NCBI GenBank assembly: GCA_030704615.1
Contig: CM060732.1
Coordinates: forward strand, 10,292,001 to 10,356,000
DNA length: 64,000 nt
From: Takakia lepidozioides
Taxonomy: Eukaryota > Plantae > Bryophyta
Direction of reading: 5' to 3'
Under the pieces are notes generated by a model that searched no databases, was not told the origin of the DNA, and worked only from the letters and a program-made list of their open reading frames with translations. A program made the translations under genes and the position numbers. This document shows, piece by piece, positions 11,503 through 23,410 of this stretch (the first letter of the stretch is position 1; every line of letters begins with the position of its first letter).

Positions 11503-14500
11503 ATGCCGAAGGGGAGGAAGCAGATGCGTCTACAGGAGGAGATTGCCATCTCCGAGCAGCAGGCCACTCAGGCAACCCAGCCACCAGTGAGAGCTCCATG
11601 CGATCGGGCTGCGCGCAGCTGATCGAGCACCGAACCCCCCATTTTGCTTCTGTAATTCTTAGACTGAATGCTAGGAGACTTGAATGCAAAACATGTTTGC
11701 ATGCCTAACAGGAAAGGTGGACGTGCTGGAGGGATCGCAGGAATCCGAAGAGCCGCAGGAAGAGTCCGAGGAGCTAGCTGCAGCACGTACACCCACCCGA
11801 TCCCCGAGCGCGGGTATTCCTGCCGGGCCTAGCCCTCTGCGATTCAAAGACGCGTCTTCGAAGGGCAAGTTCAAAGTCCTAGAGATCGACTTGCGTTCTT
11901 CGGTCATGGAGAATCGCCAGCAGGGGTCGGGCCCTTCTCCAGCAAAGTCGAAGAAGAAGCAGCCCGTCCCTCTACTGGCTTCTAAACCGGCTCAGGCCGA
12001 TTCACCCCCCCCAACGCGAATGAAGCAGCAGGGTAGAAGACAGATTCAATTGCAGCAGACACCTTCACCTGCAAGGATGAGGAAGCAGAAGGCAATCAGG
12101 GCGACGGGCGAACAATCTCCCGCAAAACCGCTTCCACGAGCTGAAGCTCAGTTCCTGGAGGATTTCCCGCTTGCAGATGTTGGGGCCGACTCTGCTGCAG
12201 CGAAGGCAATGGGATCGACCGTTGATCTCGATTTGGTACCGGAGGAGGGTGCTGCCGCTTAACGTTCGCAGCAAGACCTCACCACCGATGAGCAAGCAGG
12301 CCCGGAGGAGGCCTCTGCAATGGCAGAATTGCCCGCAGACAGGCCCCAGAGTGCAGCTCCAGTTGAGGATGCTCCAGCTGCTCAGCCACTACCGGCACCT
12401 ACAGACATGTCTCCGGAGGATTTCAAAAGTGCAACGGATAAAATGTTGGAGGAGACACACAATAGCATTGGCAGAGTTCTGGGCAGCAGGGTATTCCAGC
12501 GGACTCTTCGAATCCCACTCTGTCGCATGGTCTCCCTTCCCATCGTCAGGCAGGCCCTTCCCGGAGATGTGGATAAGCTCAAGTTCGCATTTCGAGAAGG
12601 GTACCGTCTGGGATCGGCAGCGTTTTACGTTTCCATTGAGAATGAGGACGGCGAAACTCGTGGACCCACTGCCGATGAATTGTCAACGTGGGATACCCAC
12701 TGGCACACTCGCAACCATGAATTCGAGGCGACGCTGAAGGGTGATCCAGACTTCGGCCATATGTCAGGTAAAATGTTCTTTGTGTGGGACGGGAATCACC
12801 GACTTCTCGCCTGGTGGGAGTACATCAAGCAGAACCATGCCAAGCACATTGGCTGGCATTACATGGTGGAGTGTGTCATCCTCAAGGTGAAGGCGGCAGA
12901 CTCCTCCCTGCTCAAGAATGCCATGGCGGACCTCAACTCGTAAGATACTCATACCCTCCCTAGCACGTTCGAAATGCGGTGCCGCATTTCGGTTTCCATT
13001 CTGGTTTGTTTCCGTGCTTCCGTGTACTGAGAGTGTGCCTTGCAGGGTCACTGAGAATGCGTACGTGCATACCCACATGGCACACATGCTGTACAGGGTG
13101 AGGAAAACTGGTCTCACTTGGATGGAATGGTGGAGGTGATATACGAAGTAAGTCGTACTCCAATTTCCCTCTGCTCATCCTTCCCCAATTTTCAGTAATG
13201 TTTCCACATGAATCGAATGTAACGCTTCTGCATGTTTTTGTTGGCAGTCAAACATCAAGCTGGATTTGGCCCATGCCAAACGCTTCAATGCACTGAAGTT
13301 CCTTCCTAGCAATAGCCACTCTCTTCCAGCTCCTGACATTGGATTGGAAATGGCAGACACGGTGGCTGTCGATCTGGAATGCATCCGAGAGCATAAGGAC
13401 AATGTGGTCTTTTCCACTGGAAGTTTCCGACCCTGCAGTGGATGTGTGGCTCAACCGTATGACTTGGTGGTTCCAGGTAATTCAAGGTACTTCCCCAGAT
13501 TTGCTTTTCTGACATGAATTCCCTGAACTGCTACGTGACAATGGATTTGGGAATGGCAGGTAATGTCGAATGCGAAGGAGCAAGTCGTAATGCACACAAA
13601 TTCGTTCGGCTTGTACGTCAAATGGGATGGAACACAGACATTGGAAGACTACGTGACACGTTTCAGATGTGCGTACAAGGACAACCTTTTCGCCAGAGAG
13701 CTACAGACAGCAAGAAGGAGCGTGGAGTTTACACATCAGGAGGGAGCGGGGAAAGCTGCAATGCGAATTGTTTACAGGTGAAGCACAGCTGCCCTTGTAT
13801 GCGAAGCCTGGTTACGAGGTTTGTCTCGGAAATGCGGCACCGCATTCGCATTTTATGTTTTCGGTGGCACTCTGCCAGTAGGTTGGTCTCAACTTTTGCT
13901 CACGCATGCTGACTGCCTTGCAGGTATATGAAATACGTGCTCCTTCAGACAGGGGCCCTCGCTCAAGAGCCCCCGTTCTTCATGGCTTGGACCGTGGCGG
14001 GCCCAAGCTGTGTCTACACACCCGAGATGCAGAAACAATGGCATCCCGCGCATCTCGTTGGATGCCCGTGGTACCTGGACATGTCTGGCGGTATTGTTGA
14101 CGAGTCTGAGAAAGATCTGCACGCCTTGGCAGAAGAGAAGAGAAAGGAAAGACGTGTCCCTGCTGGGCCAAAGTCGGCAAAGGAATCTGCTGCTCTGGAA
14201 GAATCCAGAAAGGCAGCTGAGATGGCACAAAAGACGGTGGATGCAGCTGTGCAGGCCCAACAGAAGGGGTCGAAGAAGAGGACTCGCCAGCAAGGAGCAG
14301 CTGTTGTGACACCCGCCAAAACGAAGAAGCAGAAACAGCCTGTTCAGGAAGAGGGTGAGGAAGAGGACTCCGATGGAGACTTTGCAACCAGCCCACCCCC
14401 CCAAACGCAGGCTGCCTCCCCTGTGCCCACCGTTGTCACGAGAGGCACGAGAACTGGCTCGGCAAAGAAGGCACTCTTCAACCCCCCAGGGGGGCACCCT

Positions 14501-16274
14501 TTCGAGCCGGTGGAAATGAAGAGGCCGAAAGTGGCTCCCGAAACTGTAGTCCAGTGTGTAAATGAAGTTTCTTGGCGGCTTTGGATGGACGGGCAGCCAA
14601 GTTGGCATACCTGAAGACCATGGAGGGTCTGAAGGGCAGAGCACTGAAGAAGGCGACTGCCGAAGAGCCTTCCGACACCCCAGGATTTCAGAATATGGTC
14701 TCGTTCTTTGAGAGGGTGTGTGCAGACAAGGATTGTAGGAGGGGCGGAAATGCCACCGAGTGGTCTTGCGATATGATCATCTTGGATATTCCGGACGGAG
14801 AGCCTGTGGAAGGACTGCAAGCTTTGCCATCTTGGAACAGGTACTCGGAGGACTTTTGGAAGAAAGGATTCGGGCTTGCCCGCATGGTGTTGGACGACAG
14901 AGGCTGTGTGGTTGTCCTGGCGAGCAGAGGAAAAAACACTCAGACAGGAATTGCGAAGTGGACCCGCAAGAGCGCCGTCCCGATTCTGAAAAAGAAGTGG
15001 ACGTGCATCAACACACTGGGCCTTCGGTCGGAAGGGAAGAAGGTGATTACGACACTGGCACTCGTCCATTCATTTGCTTGGGTGTTTTCAAATGCGGTGC
15101 CGCATTCGGTTTCTAATCGTTTTCCCCCTGTGTATGCAGACGAAGCAGTTCGATGCATACTGCTTTGTGAAGGAGAACTCCACCTTTGCTTTCCGGAAGG
15201 AGGGAGGAAAGGTTGACCCGAACTGCGACCCACTCGATTACGACGTTCTGTTCAACAACGTTCCCAAGGAACTTCTCCCTCATAGCCTCACTTCAACGGA
15301 ACCCCTGCGGTACTCACGGACTCGGAGCCCTGCCTTCATTCAGACAATTATGGAGACATGCACAGACGTGGAGGGCACAGTGCTCGACCTCATCTGTGGG
15401 ACAGGTATGCAGAATCTTGATCTCTGCTGTTCTGCAAATTCTCGTTAGGATGTAGTTCGCAACATCTGAAGCGCCATGTGGTAATGTGTGGATGGCATTG
15501 TAACAGGTGCCTCAATGTGGGCTGGGCGGTTTTCCGACCGGCACCTCTTTGCCTACGAGGAGGATTCATCCGTGTGGGGATCCCATCTGGAGGGCTGCAA
15601 CGGAATGTGAAGGCTCCCGACAGAGCGGAAGTCTCCTCGGATTCGTCGGAGTCCGAGGAAGACACAGTGGACATTGATGCGGAGGAGAACCCGGAATACG
15701 AGTGAGTGCAAACATTGTAAGTTTGCAAAGCCTTCTGGGTCATTTATGTCAAACGAATTTCCCGACTGTGGTTCTCATTAGTCTCGTTGATGATTGTCAT
15801 GTGCAGGATTGCAGGGTCCGGGTCGAAACATGTAGGGCCTACACTTCCTGCCAGGAAAATGTCCCGTTCTTTGCGAGGGCCGATTTCATGACGAGCCCGG
15901 TGAGGGACTACTCCCTTCCTAGTTATGCAGCTAAACTCGCAAATACAGCGATTAGAAGAAGTGAGAATCCCAGTAAAGTAGAGCAGATTTTGGAGAGGGC
16001 TAGGGAGGACAGAAGGATAAGGAAAGAGTTGGCAGCAGCTCAGACAGGTAGACGGGTACGAAAGTACATATGTGATTCAGCGGATGAGAGCGACGCAGAC
16101 AGGGAGGAAGACGACCCAACGGAGGTGAGATGGACAGTTCCGCAAGGGGAAGATGGGATTTTCGAAAGCCTGGCCAACGAGCAGTCCGCTGGAGATGAGA
16201 GAGGCACTGAGGGGGTGGAGGAGGAGCAGGACAGTCTAGAACAGGATGAGGATTCGGATGATTTTCAAGATTAA
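11503..16274 (+). CDS. Multi-exon ParB/Srx-like + beta-class amino-methyltransferase-like gene A (frameshifts present; exon bounds approximate)
   Basis: RIPLCRMV...FYVS...MFFVWDGNHRLLAW (12320-12940); CDMIILDIPDG...LARMVLDDRGCVVVL (~14765-14920); RSPAFIQTIMETCTDVEGTVLDLICGTG (~15320-15404); acidic C-terminus. GT-AG introns lie at positions shared with genes B and C. Confidence 0.8.
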
Positions 16275-16409
16275 TAGAATTTTAATGAAGTCTCTGTAAA
16301 TGTAAATTCTCTTCCAAGTATATAAAGGAAATTCTGCCCGACATTCGTGACCCCTCTCCAGTGTGCATTCCAGCCACACAATCGCCCAAACCACGACGCT
16401 CCCAAAATC

Positions 16410-17165
16410 AGAAATGGGCACCGCATTTCCAAAACAGGGGAGGGACTAAATTTTCCATTTCAATGTTGGCATAGTAAAAAGTAATCTGAATTGGAAATGC
16501 GGTGCCGCATTTCCAAAATTTCCTTTGTCCACAGCCAGTTTTGGCCTCTCCCGCTCATTGCATGGATGCCACCACGCTTACAGAGGTCGAACAACGAGGT
16601 CGAACAAGGAGGTCGACATGGCCGGATTGAAAATGCGGTGCCGCATTTCAGTATTGGGGATGGTCGTTGTTCGAACTGCAGGCCCATCAGCAAAAATTGG
16701 CACCGCATTCCATTGTAAAAAAAAAGTCGATGACGGACATGGAAATGCGGCGCCGCATTTCCAGAACGGACATCGCAATTTGTCCATTTGCAGACCCTCT
16801 CTCGGAAATGCGGTAACGCATTCCATCGCGCTGGTCGGAAATGTCACACTTTTCGAAGTGTTGTACGGAAATGCGGCACCGCATTCCCTTGTCCAAAAAG
16901 AAGTTTCCATTGCCAAGCTGGAAATGCGTCGCCGCATTTGCAATGCCAACCTCGTTTTCTGATCAATTTATAGACCCGTGTTGGTATTTCGTGTACCTGG
17001 ACGGAAATGATGCACCGCATTTCGATGCGGACATGGAAATGCGGCACCGCATTTCGATCCCGACATGGAAATGCGGCGCCGCATTTCGATGCCGACATGG
17101 TAATGCGGCGCCGCATTTCGATGCCGACATGGAAATGCGGTGCCGCATTTCAATGTCCGACATGG
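16410..17165. repeat. Array A2: ~13 A-type palindromes downstream of gene A, ending in 5 x 32-bp tandem units
   Basis: Starts at 16410, 16493, 16629, ~16692, 16741, 16804, 16867, 16920, 17003, 17035, 17067, 17099, 17131. Confidence 0.93.
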
Positions 17166-17408
17166 CGTTACTCTGGTATATTCTTGACACATGACTCACA
17201 TACCGGTTACTCTGCTATATTCATCCGGACAGACACATTGTAGAAATGAGACATCAAATTGTAAACAGTGGGCCAATTTCGACAGTTATTCAACAGAATG
17301 AAACACAATCATACAGAAGTGAGGTACGATGGGTTTATTGATCGGACACGATGTCTCACATTTACCAACTGCAGACAAAACTAAGCCCTTCCTCCTTCTA
17401 CATGGGCT

Positions 17409-17993
17409 TCACCAAGTCGACGGAACTTCGATACCCCTCAAAACAAGCTCATCACTGCTGCGGCACCTCGAGGTAAACTGCAATTCGGTCGTTCTGCTGC
17501 CCTTGCTGGAGCCGACGACAATGTCATGTCCATCAATGATACCACCATCATACATTGACAAGGTCACTGTGGGCCTCATGTGCCCGTGCGATTCGTCTTC
17601 GCAACGCAGCCGAATGTCTCCATACACTGGAAGAGCGGAGTGATCTGCACGTATATAGTTTTCCCCGGTGCCGTCCTCCCTGGTCCACTGGCAGCAGTTC
17701 CAGCGCCAAAGCGAGGCCGTGCGTGATCTATCCGGCATCCCTTTCCAGCTTGGTATATCGAGGTCAACAATTTTCAGGACCCACGGACCGCATTGACCCT
17801 CGCCCTCACCTCGCTCAAAGCGGTAATAGCCCTCCAGATACTCCATTGCGCGCAAAGACTCTTGCTTGATTCCAGCAGCGTTTGTGAAAACAGAGAGCCA
17901 GACAATGATGTCTCCTGATTCTGGTTTGAACATAGCATAATCGTGCCCATGATAAGGGCAGTCGGCTGGATTTCGGCGGCACGGCATCTTCAA
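17409..17993 (-). CDS. Intronless protein of unknown function, paralog of 18271-19101 (probably 5'-truncated)
   Basis: CPYHGHDYAMF..SGDIIVW..WNCCQWT..PVYGDIR..YDGGIIDGHDIVV..ELVLRGIEVP aligns to the neighbouring ORF through to the stop codon. Confidence 0.65.
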   Translation of the reverse strand: MKMPCRRNPADCPYHGHDYAMFKPESGDIIVWLSVFTNAAGIKQESLRAMEYLEGYYRFERGEGEGQCGPWVLKIVDLDIPSWKGMPDRSRTASLWRWNCCQWTREDGTGENYIRADHSALPVYGDIRLRCEDESHGHMRPTVTLSMYDGGIIDGHDIVVGSSKGSRTTELQFTSRCRSSDELVLRGIEVPSTW

Positions 17994-18270
17994 AAAGAGT
18001 CGCGGAGTACGCTCAATGACAGCAGCTCACGGATGGAAGAGGAGGACCGCGGTGGCTGGAAAAAGTTCAAGCTAACGCTGCAATTCCTCACAAACACTCC
18101 AGGGCACATTTAAATTTCCCCCCTACAGGATCCTGGACCGATGAAGATTCGGCTGCTGCATGAATGTAGCCGTTTCAGTTTCCTACCCTGCCATGCAAAC
18201 TATGGGCAGTCACTGCCAGGTGGGCCGATAGCCACTGGACACGACGAAGTCCATCCCCTCTTCGATGTAA

Positions 18271-19101
18271 ATGCGGCGCCGAATTTCCATCCGGGGGGAT
18301 GGACTTCGGTGGCAGATCTCAAACTATAACTTGTTGATGAGAAAGATGTATGGCTTCATCCACCGCTGGCGTGATGAACACGTTCCACCTCCGTCGGTGG
18401 GTACGTGTGACCCAGATGCTGCATTATTGGAGGCCGGACTGCTCTTCCGCTTCGTATCATTTCCAAAATCTAAGGGCTTCGTAGCTGTCCGCAAGGTCAT
18501 CGGCATCCAAGTCGTCCTCAGGTCCTCCTTTGCAAGGATGTCGTGCTTCCGGAACCGGGACGACTGCCCCTTTGGAGGCATCGATTATGCAATGTATTCG
18601 GCCACATCGGGAGACATTGTTATCTGGTACACAGATTACAGAGAAGATACTGGTTCGATTGTGGAAACATTGGTGGCTTTTGAGTATATCGTAGGCCACT
18701 ACGCCTTCGAGCGGGGTGACGATCTTGGTCTGAGGAGTCCGTGGCTCCTGCGCATCCTTGATTCCGATTTTCCCAGCTACGACGGTCACCCATGCAGAAG
18801 AAGGCGCACTGCTATGCTGTTGCGGTGGAACTGCTGCCACTGGACGTGGGTGGACTCCATCGGAGAGACCTATTCTCCTCGAGGAGTGCGCTCCTCTTCT
18901 CCATTGTATGGGGACATTCGCATTGGTGTGGACGACGAAAACGTGAAGATTTCCATATTCGATGGTGGTATGATTGAAGGGCAGGACATTGTGGTGAACA
19001 TCACTAGGGGCGGTACAACGGCTGCAATCGACTTTACATGGAGGAGCCCCATGACTCATGAGCTAGTTCTGAGAGCAGTCGAAGTCCCATTGACAACGTG
19101 A
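18271..19101 (+). CDS. Intronless protein of unknown function (start uncertain)
   Basis: CPFGGIDYAMY..SGDIVIW..WNCCHWT..PLYGDIR..FDGGMIEGQDIVV..ELVLRAVEVP; amino-acid conservation with the inverted paralog implies coding constraint. Confidence 0.7.
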   Translation: MRRRISIRGDGLRWQISNYNLLMRKMYGFIHRWRDEHVPPPSVGTCDPDAALLEAGLLFRFVSFPKSKGFVAVRKVIGIQVVLRSSFARMSCFRNRDDCPFGGIDYAMYSATSGDIVIWYTDYREDTGSIVETLVAFEYIVGHYAFERGDDLGLRSPWLLRILDSDFPSYDGHPCRRRRTAMLLRWNCCHWTWVDSIGETYSPRGVRSSSPLYGDIRIGVDDENVKISIFDGGMIEGQDIVVNITRGGTTAAIDFTWRSPMTHELVLRAVEVPLTT

Positions 19102-19545
19102 CTTGTATTCAGTAGGCACAGGGCTCAAGATTTGATGGCACAATCAGCACAGTAGACGTGCTTCAAATGCAATTCATGTGGATCAATAAAAACCTCATTG
19201 TGCCCTCTTTTTATTCTATTCTGTGTCCATCGTTCCGAGAATGCGTCATTGCTCATTTCGTTTGGGATTGGGAGTGTGGGTGAATTTTGCAAATGGCTGG
19301 TAGGCTGAAATGGGCCCCCATTGTACAGAGCAGTACCACCCTACCATTCGCGAAACATTGCCTTTCAATATATAATTCTAAATAACATTGCCGAACCTCC
19401 TTCATCGGGAGGTCCTTCTCCCCCTATGACCGTGGCACCCTAAACCCTATTCCCGCGGACACTCATTTCCGGAAAATAGTGCTGCTCATGTTTTTTTCCA
19501 CACTTACGACTCTGCTCATGGCTCATGCCGCTCATGGCTCATGGC

Positions 19546-22500
19546 TCATGAAATAGCAGCCCCCTCCTGAAAGCTGAGATGTGTTCCCACCTTCACGGGC
19601 CAAACGGTTGGAGGAGATGGCTTCATCACTACGGAAGGACGCACAGTTCCATGCACACATCTAGCACAATCATCTGCGCAGAACCAGAACTTGTGGTTCT
19701 TGGCTTTTGGTTGACCGTATGGACGCATCAAGCCCGTGAAAGTCGGAGCAGGAGTTCGGGCACCACCTTTGGATATAGATGAAGTGCACTTCTCGAAATT
19801 AGTTGCCCTGATCGCTGTACATTTCACACGAGACCCTACACTTGTGCGATCTATGTGCCAAACGTGGTCGGGGCATGCGGACTCAAGCACATCAAGGGGG
19901 TTGTTTCTCTCCTGCACCATTTCAGTGGCACTGTTTGACGCTGGAGTTTGCCGTCGTGTTGGAGGTTCCTCCACAATGGAGGTTTCGGACATGGAGTTGT
20001 CATGCAGGGGAACACGAGGCTTCGAGAAGTTATCACGGTCTGCCCTGTGGGAATCTGAATCCGAACCAGGTGGAGTGTTCAATTTCCTCTTACAGGAGCC
20101 GAATCTCTCCTCCTCTTCAAGATGTGGAACTCTAGAAACAAGTTCCGTTCCCTGGGCATACATACTCACCGCCCGTGCTATCTTGATTGGATCCCCAGAT
20201 CTGTTTGCAGCACGCAACATCAACTCCCATTTGTCCGGACCCTTGCCACCAACCCCACCTCGTAAGAAATCACGGTATCGGGTTTGTTGTTGCAAGGCAC
20301 GTATCAAATCATCTATTGTTGCCACATACAAATCCCGACCTCGTTTCCCAGACTGCTGCAACCATGCGTTGTGCACAGTTTCTGCCAAATTGCAAGATGG
20401 CATGTCCGCCATTTCCTCAATGGACATGTTCTGCAAAGTGCAGAACCACACTTCAAAACAGTAATAGAAAACAACATAAAGAAAGCGAGGACACAATAAA
20501 TAGAAAGCAAATGTATGAATAAAGCATGAAATATAAGCCTCGTACCAATGGCATGGCTGCTCCCCACTGTCTATACCGGAAGTGCCAAAACGCCAGCCAA
20601 TCTTCCAATGCTCTCATACTCTCAAGTGATGCAGCTCCAGAAGAGAACCACCAGGCACGAATTGTCTGGAACAAAGTGTCCGCCTCCTTCATTGTTCTAG
20701 CATCTTTGTACTCTTTGCACAATTTACGGTGCTAAGTCTGCATCTCTGGTTTGATGTCCGACTTTGTATGTTTTTCCAGAGATTGTGTCCAATGGAATAG
20801 ACATGTACGCTCTCTTCCTTGGCATAGGCACTTTTGGGTCGCCCGATCCGAAGACAATCGAACAGCATTGAAATTTGCTTGAGCACTATCCGCCATGAAA
20901 CCTGCGAAATTTAGAGATGGCAGCCCATGGCAGCCCATGACACGTATCAGGGAATTCCACATGAGCTTCTGGGATTCCGTATCCTCGGATTGCATGTCAC
21001 AAACTGCAATTGTCATAACTGTTGGTACACTGGATCGTAGACATGACAAGCCATTGTCGTCCAATCCTTCACTCGTTTCACATGATCAAACATAAAAAAA
21101 CAGTTTTGCAAGTCCCCAGTCTTCTGCATCCGCTTCACGAGGCTAACCCCACTGCCCTCCCCAACAGTCGACATTTTGAAAAGAAAAACTTTCATGGCAC
21201 CTTGACCTGGGAATACATTGTCCTGGATGTAATCGTACTTGCTCACTCGTTTCAATTCCAAAATGTTGTCTATGTAGCCTCTGATCCCAGAGCCCATTCT
21301 CAATGCATTGATCTGATGCCGAATGTTAGGTGAACTTAAAGTGGAGAAATGATCCATGACCAGGTCCAATGCTGCAACGTCAAGTTTAGTCCCCACAGAA
21401 TCCCCTTCACTCAAAATATGGCTTTCCAAGAAGGACTTGCTTGCGCCAAGAGCAATTGCAGATGTTGTTGCGGATGGGTTTCTCTCGAACTCCTGTTTAA
21501 TCAACCTCGATACTGTCTCAACACTCTCCCTGTAATCCCCTTCGAGACAGGATGGTTATGGAATCCGAAATGCACACAAGCTCTTGTCATTGTTTTCAAA
21601 CGGTGGACAACATAGTACATTCTTGCTCCGCAGAGCGCCAAGCAGGATGGCACAAGTTTGCAGAATTTGCAGACGAAAGTGTTTGCCGGTGGAGGGGCAG
21701 TCCCAGGCTGAAATGGATTTTCCGCCAGACCCTCCCATTCGCTTTGATTATGAACCCCAGACTGAAGAAAGTGTCTGCAATTCAAATTATCACACCTAAG
21801 GTGTCCATTGCAAACTGTCCTCCTGAAAACAAGCTTGTCATCATTCTGAATATTGGATGTTTTTGTTCTGCACCACGGGTGCCCGTCGTGTTTCTTGTCC
21901 ATTCCATGCATCATGATTGTTACACCTCCAACTCGCGGAGGAGGAGGCAGCTCGAATAGGATATCGCCATCAAAAGTCTCCGGCAAGAACTTCACAGGCA
22001 CCTGCTTCAAAGATTCCCAATCAATTCCCCGCAACTCACTTTTGAATCCAGCCATTCCTCCCATCGCCCGCAATTTTGGAATGACACTACAAATCTCTTC
22101 TTCATCAGCTTCTCCAACCACAGTAGGAAGGACTGGATTTGGAATTTCACTTATGTCATCATCGGACGAATCCGAAAGCTCAACAATTGGAGTGGAGGAC
22201 GTCTGTTCTTTTTTCACCACCACCTCCCTCTTGTCTTCAACGACCGAAGCAGCAGTCCCGGGCGTCACATATGACCCAAGGGACTTTCGCCGAGGCTCTC
22301 CAAGTACTCTGTATCGACCAGGACGCACTCTCCACTGGCTGATATGAGCCGTCTCATCACGGTTTTGGAAAGAGTATTTCAACAACTTCCCTTAAGATCG
22401 TACACCTCTTTCTCCAAAAAGATGGAGCCATTCTGCAGCTGAAAACGGGTAGCCAAGACATGTTCCAGAACAATTGCAAATCCATTGTCAAGGACTTCCT

Positions 22501-22555
22501 GGGAGAACGGCACTGGTTTGTCGTCAGAGAAGAACTCCGCTTCAGAGGAAGCCAT
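19546..22555 (-). pseudogene. MULE-like DDE transposase B, near full length, one intron (20431-20545), several frameshifts
   Basis: GCM-like HDGHPWCRTKTSNI..VCNGHLRCDNLNC..CKFC..C..HFGFHNHP; FMFDHVKR (D1); FMADSAQANF (D2); TCLFHW (CxxH); SCNLAETVHNAW (E); C-terminal Cys cluster FWFCADDCARC. Confidence 0.85.
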
Positions 22556-23410
22556 CTTCCTTCCTCGCGTACGTTTATACCTTGCTATCGCAGATCTAGT
22601 GTAAATCGGTTTACTGATGTCTCCAGAACACAGTTGAAGAATGAGAGAGAATATGGCGGAGGAAGCTCAGACAACGACTGTGCATATTATGTTATTCTTT
22701 CCAGATATGCAGCCGTCCATTTTAATTACTTTTCTTGTGGGCCCAGTGGTCAGAGTATCCCTAGGATGCAGTGTCGGCAGCTGTTAAACCGTTAATCAGA
22801 ACCTCATCAATAAACCCAATAACAAAGCCGACTTCCTGGAAGCATGCCACAAGATCTGAGGATGGGATTGCAGATTAAGTAAATGTATCTTTATACTACT
22901 ACCAATGATCATGCGCACCTGGAAAGTTCCAAATGTGAAACGAATGTGGGGTTTGGCTAACAAGGATGACCGTGTATGATATTCCAAATTTGTCATCAAA
23001 CTCTCGTTCATTTACATTTATTTGTGTAAGACTGTGCGCCAAGATTTATGGGATTCGCTGTTATTTTTAAATATTGAAACCGTTCTAATAAAGAACACGC
23101 CGTTTATTTTGGGCGACACACGTCAGACATCCATAACTGAATACGAACAGCTGTACACCAATTGTTGGCATGTGCACTAATAAGGGAACGACTATGTGTA
23201 ACGGTCACGCGAGAGGGAATCCGATGCTTCTAGAGACAAGCAACAACGCAGGCAATCCCGCAAGAAATCGGGAGTCACTGCGTTTTTCTACTTTTCGCGC
23301 TTAGAGAGAGAGTGGTAGTCAAGCTGGAGAGGGTTCCTTCTACAATACGAAAGAGAAGAAAGTCTCTTTATTTTACTTCCCTTAGAGAGAGACGCAGAGC
23401 AAGAGAGCAA

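Noticed and set aside
12320-15404. Bacterial or phage contamination, or a restriction-modification or partition locus
   Set aside because: GT-AG introns at shared positions in three paralogs and interleaving with plant-type LTR elements show eukaryotic residence; no ParA or restriction nuclease was seen.
19438-19448. Telomere repeat CCCTAAACCCT
   Set aside because: Only about 1.5 units, which is not significant.
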